From assembly GCA_965229195.1 (NCBI GenBank), contig OZ245871.1, forward strand, positions 2,720,420 through 2,784,419: 64,000 nucleotides of DNA, written 5' to 3'. A program made the translations under genes and the position numbers. The notes under the pieces were generated by a model that had not been told where the DNA came from, did not search any database, and saw only the letters and a list, made by a program, of their open reading frames with translations. This document shows, one piece after another, positions 58,081 through 64,000 of the stretch; position 1 is the stretch's first letter, and the number at the start of each line of letters is the position of its first letter. The DNA comes from Candidatus Obscuribacterales bacterium (lineage in GTDB: Bacteria; Cyanobacteriota; Vampirovibrionia; Obscuribacterales; Obscuribacteraceae).

Positions 58081-58914
58081 TTACTGAATTTCAGTGTATT
58101 TTATGGGCTCCGCGCCTTCTAGCTCGGCACTGGTTTCGTCTTCGCGGCTGAACTGGTCGGTGCTGACGGTGTTTGCAGGCTTATCTTTTGTTACTTTCAT
58201 GGCAATTGCTGGCCGCAGGGCCGGTATTGCTCCTGGTTTCGCTTCTGGTTTTGCTTCTGGTTTTGCTTCTGGTTTTGCCGCAACCTTAACTATTGCTGGC
58301 TTTTCAGTCACGATCTTCTCGGGCAAGGTCTTTTCTGTAGCAGTTTTTGCAAGTGCGGTCTTTTCGGCCACAGCTCTTTCCGTAGCTACTTTTATTGGTG
58401 CCGTTTTTTCAGCCCCAGTCTTCTCCGGCACAGCCTTGTCCGCCACTGTCTTGGCCAGTTCGACTTTGCCTGCACCAGCTTTTGGTTTTGGCACAACCGT
58501 GCAACCAACTTTGCAGGTACCGGCTCTGATCATGTCTAGCTCGGCTGCTGCGCTATGGGAGAGGTCAATTACTTTGCTTTTGGTGAAAGGTCCGCGATCG
58601 TTGATTACTACGATACAGCTGCGGCCGTTGCTGTGATTTTTTACGTGAACGTGGGTTCCGAATGGCAGGGTGCGGTGAGCGGCAGTAAAGAGATGTTTTT
58701 CTAAGACTTGCCCGGAGGCTGTCTTCTTGCCATAAAGAGAATGGTGATAGTAGTCAGCCATGCCCATAAAATCATGGCCAGTTTTGCCTTTTGCAGCGGT
58801 CTTAGATGAATCTTCTAGAGCAAAAGCTGGTTCGATAGACCATAGCGGGCTGCCGGACTGGGCGCTGGCCATAGCGGTAAAGAGAGCGAAACTAGCTACT
58901 AATACTGGGCGCAT
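58081..58914 (-). CDS. RlpA-like lytic transglycosylase (DPBB domain) with a C-terminal Lys/Pro/Glu/Ala-rich repeat tail.
   Basis: Signal peptide. DPBB_1 block (MADYYHHSLYGKKTASGQVLEK…TAAHRTLPFGTHVHV…IVVINDRGPF). (KPEA)n repeats. Confidence 0.75.
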   Translation of the reverse strand: MRPVLVASFALFTAMASAQSGSPLWSIEPAFALEDSSKTAAKGKTGHDFMGMADYYHHSLYGKKTASGQVLEKHLFTAAHRTLPFGTHVHVKNHSNGRSCIVVINDRGPFTKSKVIDLSHSAAAELDMIRAGTCKVGCTVVPKPKAGAGKVELAKTVADKAVPEKTGAEKTAPIKVATERAVAEKTALAKTATEKTLPEKIVTEKPAIVKVAAKPEAKPEAKPEAKPGAIPALRPAIAMKVTKDKPANTVSTDQFSREDETSAELEGAEPIKYTEIQ

Positions 58915-59041
58915 CAGCTAACTCCGTTGGGGAAGAAGCATTGTCGGGCTATCTTGACATATTTACCTTAAGCGATTCCAATAATTGGGGTTGTGCGGTT
59001 ACAATTGGTGGCTATATTTGTCATTGATGATTTGCTAAACC

Positions 59042-59479
59042 ATGTCTGAAGCGCCCAGTAAATCCGAAATTAGAGACAGTGTTATTTACTACACGTGTCA
59101 GCGTCGTTGCTATGGAGTAATCGGCCAGTCGGGCATTTGTTGCACCTTGGGTAACAGAGACTGGATCATGGGCCCTATAACTGATGCCAAAGAGTTTCTC
59201 GCAAGGCTCAATGTGCGCTTTGGTAAAAAGTATAAATACGACGACGTCTTTATTGAGTATGAGGAAGGTCGTCGCCTGTTTCCTGAACGCTCATGCTGGC
59301 AGAACCCAGATCACTTTCCTGCTCTTCGTGTCTTAATTGACCCTGAAGAATCCTATCCTTGCCAGTTTCTTGAGAATCACCAGTGCACTATTCAAGATAT
59401 TAAGCCCAAAATTTGTGCTGACTACCTGTGTGATCACCTCAAGCATGTGGTTTCTACCGTCACCGGTGACAACCCTTAA
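59042..59479 (+). CDS. Cys-cluster protein (YkgJ/putative-Fe-S-or-Zn-chelating-like, tentative).
   Basis: CxxxC…CC…C…C…C…C pattern (YTCQRRCYGVIGQSGICC…CQFLENHQC…ICADYLC). Confidence 0.45.
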   Translation: MSEAPSKSEIRDSVIYYTCQRRCYGVIGQSGICCTLGNRDWIMGPITDAKEFLARLNVRFGKKYKYDDVFIEYEEGRRLFPERSCWQNPDHFPALRVLIDPEESYPCQFLENHQCTIQDIKPKICADYLCDHLKHVVSTVTGDNP

Positions 59480-59891
59480 TCACAATATTTACCATTTATG
59501 CAAAATTGGCTTTCTTGATCACAAGTTCATCACTTTTATCGAATAAAACTTTGTGATGAGGTCGGGATAGGTAATGCATCATTGCTAATAAAGCAGTTGT
59601 AGCAGCGGAGTGCCGACCATTAGTTCAGGAGGCCTAACTTATTTGAGTGTTGACGTAAGGCTTTAAGACATAGTCCTCGCTGCAAAAAAACAGCCACAAA
59701 TTAAAACCAGCATGTGTGCCACGGCGCCAGATCTACGGCAGTGACTCTTAGTCACTTTTGTAATTTAATTCTAGGCCTGAAGCACAAGTTTTGTGCGCCC
59801 ATTTCTCAAAGTTGACACTATCTGTAGTGTCGCTGTTCTTCTGCTGCCTTTCTGGCGGCCCGGTTCGAAATTCGCAATATTGGAGGCAAAA

Positions 59892-61760
59892 ATGTTATCG
59901 TTTAAGGCCTTAGGCCTGGCTTTGGCGCGCCCATGTGGACGTATTACGCAGTCATCATTGTGCTTGCGTCTTGGTTCATTATTAGCGCTGGCGCTGTTTG
60001 TACTTAGTGCTGTTCCCGCCGTGTGGGCTGAGCCAGTGGTAGGAAAGCTTGACAGTGCACAGGATGGCAATCCAAAAATCACATTAGTCTCTAGCTCTGA
60101 TGGTGGAAAGCCTGTAGAGGTTGCGATACCTGCCAATGCCACGGTATTCCTTAATGGCGATGCTGCCACTCTTGCAGATCTTAAAAGTGGCGATGATATA
60201 AAGGTTGTTAGCGAAAATAATCAGCCACAGGTCTTAGCCACCCGCAGCAAGCCTGGCATTGTTCTGGCTGCAAACGGAAATCAGCTGCGCCTTACCACTG
60301 ATTATCTCGACAAGTTCTCCTGCGCCGTTGCTCCCACTACTAAGGTTATGTTGAATGGCTCAGTAGCAGTTGCTTCTGACCTTAAGGTTGGTGATGAGGT
60401 GTCCATCGTTTCTGCTAAAGACGGCTCGGTCAAGCAAGTCTCGGTTACACGCCACTCGCTACTTACCGATTTTTATAATAACTTCCGTTCAAACCTATTT
60501 AAGCCTTTGCTCTTGTTCTTTTACCTGGGCTTTAGTATCCCCCTTTTGAAAATTGCCTTTGATTTTCCACAGCAAATCTATCAAGGCCTGACTATCTATT
60601 TGTTGATTTCCATTGGCTGGCATGGTGGTGAAGAGTTAGCCGTTCTTAGCGGTGGTACTTTGGTCCAGGCACTGATGTTTGTTGGTCTGGGTTTGGTCAC
60701 CAACACGCTCATTGGTCTGGCCACCTACTTCTTGCTCCGTCGCATCATTCCGAAAATGCGCCGCATTGATTCGGCCACAGTTGCTGCCTACTATGGCTCT
60801 GATTCAGCTGGAACCTTCGTAACTTGTCTGGGCGTTCTGCAAGCCGCTCACATTGCTTTTGCTGCCTACATGCCCGTAATGCTTGCTGCCATGGAAATCC
60901 CTGGCTGTTTGGTCGGTTTATATTTGGTATCACGTCTGCGCAAAAGTGGTATGGACGCCAAAGGCAATATGCCTGGTGAGGACGGTTATAACGCCGATAC
61001 TATTCCTGGGCTATACGCAACAGTTAAGAGCAGCCGAGTGCCTGATAGCTTTAGACCAGCTCATGCTATGGCTGGTGCTGCTAATGGCTTTGACTCTGGT
61101 TCCAATGGTTATTCTTCTAGCTCATCGACTCATATGTCCGACACCGCTACAGCAGTGCAGACCAGAGTTTTGCAACATCGTGTTGAGCCCGACATATTGG
61201 TTGATGAGGAAGTGCCTGTGGTGCACAGCCCTGCCAAGATATTGCGCGAAGTGTTCTTGAACCCAGGCATTATTTTGCTCTTTGGTGGCATTCTTGTTGG
61301 CTTCTTGAGCCGTCAGCAAGGCTACAAAGTTGTGCAGGCTGATGATCAGCTATTTGTTTCGCTTTTCCAAGGGATGCTTTGTCTCTTCCTCTTAGAGATG
61401 GGCATGACTGCTGCTAGAAGACTGAAAGATTTGCAGGCTGCAAGCTGGAAGTTCGTTGTTTTCGCTCTTCTTGCCCCGAATCTTTTCGCCATGTTTGGGT
61501 TGGCTTCGGCTTGTCTTTTTAGCCATGCCATTAATCAACCCTTACAGCTTGGAACTTATGTTCTGTTTGCCGTGCTATGTGCTGCTGCTTCTTATATCGC
61601 CGTTCCGGCAATTCAACGCATCGCTATTCCAGAAGCTAGCCCTACCCTGCCTCTGGCAGCCTCTCTTGGTCTGACGTTTTCTTACAACGTCACTATCGGT
61701 ATCCCTCTTTATTTAGTGCTGGCTCAGCAGATTATTCGCGCTTTTCCAGTTGGTCTCTAG
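59892..61760 (+). CDS. Fusion protein. N-terminal secreted repeat domain (3 x ~45-aa beta-rich repeats) joined to an SbtA-like (Na+-dependent bicarbonate transporter family) permease with a long cytoplasmic loop.
   Basis: GGAGG RBS. Signal peptide. Permease blocks PLLLFFYLGFSIPLLKIAF… and a second inverted-repeat half (…IILLFGGILVGFL…), as in the SbtA family. Confidence 0.6.
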   Translation: MLSFKALGLALARPCGRITQSSLCLRLGSLLALALFVLSAVPAVWAEPVVGKLDSAQDGNPKITLVSSSDGGKPVEVAIPANATVFLNGDAATLADLKSGDDIKVVSENNQPQVLATRSKPGIVLAANGNQLRLTTDYLDKFSCAVAPTTKVMLNGSVAVASDLKVGDEVSIVSAKDGSVKQVSVTRHSLLTDFYNNFRSNLFKPLLLFFYLGFSIPLLKIAFDFPQQIYQGLTIYLLISIGWHGGEELAVLSGGTLVQALMFVGLGLVTNTLIGLATYFLLRRIIPKMRRIDSATVAAYYGSDSAGTFVTCLGVLQAAHIAFAAYMPVMLAAMEIPGCLVGLYLVSRLRKSGMDAKGNMPGEDGYNADTIPGLYATVKSSRVPDSFRPAHAMAGAANGFDSGSNGYSSSSSTHMSDTATAVQTRVLQHRVEPDILVDEEVPVVHSPAKILREVFLNPGIILLFGGILVGFLSRQQGYKVVQADDQLFVSLFQGMLCLFLLEMGMTAARRLKDLQAASWKFVVFALLAPNLFAMFGLASACLFSHAINQPLQLGTYVLFAVLCAAASYIAVPAIQRIAIPEASPTLPLAASLGLTFSYNVTIGIPLYLVLAQQIIRAFPVGL

Positions 61761-61809
61761 CTCGGGTCTATTTTTTAAAATACTGCTATCAAAACTTCAG
61801 GAGTTTTAA

Positions 61810-62382
61810 ATGAAAACGCTTCACTACAAGGGGTCCACAATCAATACTGCTGCTCCCTATTTGGTACCTTCGACACAAAAATCGAAACATACTTGGTTTG
61901 ATAAGGGCATCTTGATTGTTGCGGTGGTTTCTTGTTCTGTTGCTATTGCCATTGCCAATCGACCAAGGCCAGCAGAGAAGCTTGGTCTTGAGTATTTGAA
62001 AAATGGACGTTATGAAGAAGCATCTGCCACCTTAAAGCATGCTATTGGCACACATGGACCTTCTTGTGAGAGTTATCTTGGTCTCGCCAAAGCCTGCAAC
62101 CGCACCTCCCACTATAAGGAGGGTTTGCAATACGCTGACCAGGCGCTTCGACACTTCCCCAGCGAACCTTCTGTTTGGGCTGAGCGAGCCGTTTCTAATT
62201 TGGGTATGCGCGATTATCGGGCTGCTTTAATTGATGCGGAAGAGGCGCTCACACACGACAGTAATAATGTCAGAGCCATGAATATTCGCAATCGTGCCCA
62301 AACTATGTTGGCTCAGAGCGGTGCAAGCTCAGATGCTGACGCTGATGCCGCCTTAGAAGCCAGTAATGGCCATGTTCACTAG
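61810..62382 (+). CDS. TPR-repeat protein with an N-terminal TM/signal anchor.
   Basis: TPR units (…YEEASATLKHAIGTHGPSCESYLGLAKACNRTSHYKEGLQYADQALRHFPSEP…). Confidence 0.55.
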   Translation: MKTLHYKGSTINTAAPYLVPSTQKSKHTWFDKGILIVAVVSCSVAIAIANRPRPAEKLGLEYLKNGRYEEASATLKHAIGTHGPSCESYLGLAKACNRTSHYKEGLQYADQALRHFPSEPSVWAERAVSNLGMRDYRAALIDAEEALTHDSNNVRAMNIRNRAQTMLAQSGASSDADADAALEASNGHVH

Positions 62383-62446
62383 TTGGGGCGTGGTAGTTTG
62401 AGCGGCCTGCTATACTCAAGCTATTGGTTCGACGAGTGGTTCGCTT

Positions 62447-63514
62447 ATGCTAAGCAACCGTGCTATCGGAGTCCCTGCCCTCGGAATCCATATCTCGTCT
62501 TTGCTTTTGCTGATCGGAATTTCCGTCGCTAGCTTTGCTCATGGCAGTGCCTATGCGGGTAATTCTTATTCTCGAAACGCCTATGCTGTTAATGCTTATG
62601 CGGGAAACAAGAATGAGGGAATGCGGCTATTACCTTTCCCCACTGAATACTCAGTTGGCACCGTGGGTCTGCTCGATAAGACTCCTGAATTAACCGCTAA
62701 GGGGAAGCTTCTGCCTATTGGTGAAGCCCGGGGCTTAATCAAAGTGCCGCAAGACAAATTGGTGAAGCTCTATCCAGGTGTGCAGTTCTTTCAGCATCCA
62801 GAGTTTTTGCTCAAACTGCCTCCTGATGGAATTGATTACATCAACCTGCGTTTCACTGCGATGACCGATGCCGATGAAAAGATCAGTGATCGATTGGTAC
62901 CCTATATTCATCATCTTTCAGGCTTGAAAGGCATTGATATGGACCAGTCTGAAACCACCGATGCTGGCTTGTCTAAGCTCGGCGCTATGCCGGAACTGAG
63001 AGCTCTAGCGCTGGCTGAGACTATGGTCACCGGAAAGTGTTTGCGCGATCTGACTGGATGCAAAAAACTGGAAGCATTGCGTTTTGGAAAAGAGACCATC
63101 GACAATGAGAGTTTGCGCTATTTAAAAGAGTTTCCCAACCTCGCCAATTTAGAATTATCGCGCACTAACTTGTCATTGCGCGGCCTTGAGCACGTGAGCA
63201 AATGCACTAAGTTGAAGTCTCTCGACATCAACGAGAACCCAGCTATTGATGATAGAGCCGTTCCTCTGCTGTTGAAGATGAGGAACTTAGATCATCTGTA
63301 CATAAAGCAGACGAAGATTTCGTTTGCTGGTTTGCTGCAACTGAGTAAGTTGGGCACTATCAAAATCGCACTTCCTCAGTCTTTTGATCGATACACAAAA
63401 GCTCAACAAGAGCAGATTCGAAAGCATTTCCCTCTCTTTAAACACAAGAAGGCCAAAGGTGAGATCGAGGTAGACTCTTACACCAAGACAATGTTTGGGC
63501 CACTATCGCGGTAA
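62447..63514 (+). CDS. Secreted leucine-rich-repeat (LRR) protein.
   Basis: Signal peptide. LRR units (LRALALAETMVTG…LEALRFGKETIDNESL…LANLELSRTNLSLRGL…LKSLDINENPAIDD…). Confidence 0.65.
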   Translation: MLSNRAIGVPALGIHISSLLLLIGISVASFAHGSAYAGNSYSRNAYAVNAYAGNKNEGMRLLPFPTEYSVGTVGLLDKTPELTAKGKLLPIGEARGLIKVPQDKLVKLYPGVQFFQHPEFLLKLPPDGIDYINLRFTAMTDADEKISDRLVPYIHHLSGLKGIDMDQSETTDAGLSKLGAMPELRALALAETMVTGKCLRDLTGCKKLEALRFGKETIDNESLRYLKEFPNLANLELSRTNLSLRGLEHVSKCTKLKSLDINENPAIDDRAVPLLLKMRNLDHLYIKQTKISFAGLLQLSKLGTIKIALPQSFDRYTKAQQEQIRKHFPLFKHKKAKGEIEVDSYTKTMFGPLSR

Positions 63515-63658
63515 GGTGAATCACAGCACTCTGATTTTGTGGCTCTCTTACCGCAGGCACTGGAGTTAGTTTCGCTTCAGTAGCTGTTTCGCTTTCGGCT
63601 GCGATTGGTAGGTTTAGCTCGCTCATATCTCCCTTGGCGTGAATTTTGGATTTACATC

Positions 63659-64000
63659 TTATCTCAATCGCTTAACTTCGAAGCCGCATAGATAGTCTAT
63701 GGTCGATTCCAGGTCTGTTTTAGAGCGCGGCCAGTTTGCTGCCGCTGCAACCAAGATTGGGAAGAGAGGCAAGGTGGCCCAGGCTGCTGTAGTTTGAGTT
63801 GCGGTATTTGCTGCTCCGAATAGATTTAACCCCAGACACACGGATATTGCTATGCTGCCAATAACTGCGCCCAGTGCAAGTACGTAGTACTGAAGCATGG
63901 CAAAGACAAGCTCAAGATACACTCCAGAAATTCCTGTTGCTTGTGAAATCGTGACAGTGCCGGCGAACATTTCGCCCGGCGTGGGTGAACGAAGTAGTCT
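63659..64000 (-). CDS. Integral membrane protein, 5'-partial at the window edge.
   Basis: Hydrophobic ORF running to the end of the window. The start is not determinable. Confidence 0.35.
   Translation of the reverse strand, partial: RLLRSPTPGEMFAGTVTISQATGISGVYLELVFAMLQYYVLALGAVIGSIAISVCLGLNLFGAANTATQTTAAWATLPLFPILVAAAANWPRSKTDLESTIDYLCGFEVKRLR

Noticed and set aside
58094-58636. 180-codon plus-strand ORF with FASGFASG repeats
   Set aside because: Antisense of the (KPEA)n repeat tail of the RlpA-like gene. The repeats mirror the sense-strand repeat.
59850-59880. tRNA-like GGTTCGAAAT T-loop motif (another at ~27715)
   Set aside because: No acceptor, anticodon or D-arm pairing can be built around either motif. 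These are chance matches in promoter or leader regions.

Overview
This 64-kb window is bacterial chromosomal DNA, densely coding on both strands. No rRNA, tRNA, CRISPR array or transposase is visible.

Recognisable housekeeping and regulatory genes: hisS (histidyl-tRNA synthetase, minus), pepA (M17 leucyl aminopeptidase, minus), a MarR regulator, a CpxP/Spy-like periplasmic protein, an RlpA-like lytic transglycosylase, a PAS histidine kinase and a convergent OmpR-type response regulator.

The rest reads as accessory. There are many eukaryote-like or repeat proteins: TPR x5, LRR x2, a bacterial serpin, a flotillin/SPFH protein with internal repeats, and a LysM protein with tandem repeats. There is also a 2428-aa giant protein with N-terminal annexin repeats and a C-terminal HExxH motif.

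Base composition is visibly mosaic. GC-rich, high-GC3 genes (serpin, flotillin, pepA, the 19.9-25.1 kb operon, the 3.7-4.7 kb island) sit next to AT-richer genes.

The three most interesting loci are these:
(1) 39.8-42.0 kb: a membrane protein ending in a Cys-Gly tail (…SSGCGSSCGSSCGGGCGGGCGG), resembling the TIGR04222 family from memory. Its stop lies 2 nt before a DUF692/MbnB-like (MNIO) enzyme gene. That gene overlaps a short DUF2063-like partner gene, and a two-component system is next door. This is a candidate membrane-anchored RiPP-like cysteine-modification system.
(2) 19.9-25.1 kb: a translationally coupled five-gene minus-strand operon with no obvious precursor. Its products are a PhyH-like dioxygenase, a GT-B-like protein, an HprK-like P-loop kinase, an MGT-type glycosyltransferase and a histidine phosphatase.
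(3) 30.15-30.35 kb: a 4 x 49-bp tandem array of near-identical hairpin units inside an 860-bp structured intergenic region.

Coordinates of starts are approximate where noted. Long antisense ORFs in GC-rich genes were judged spurious.
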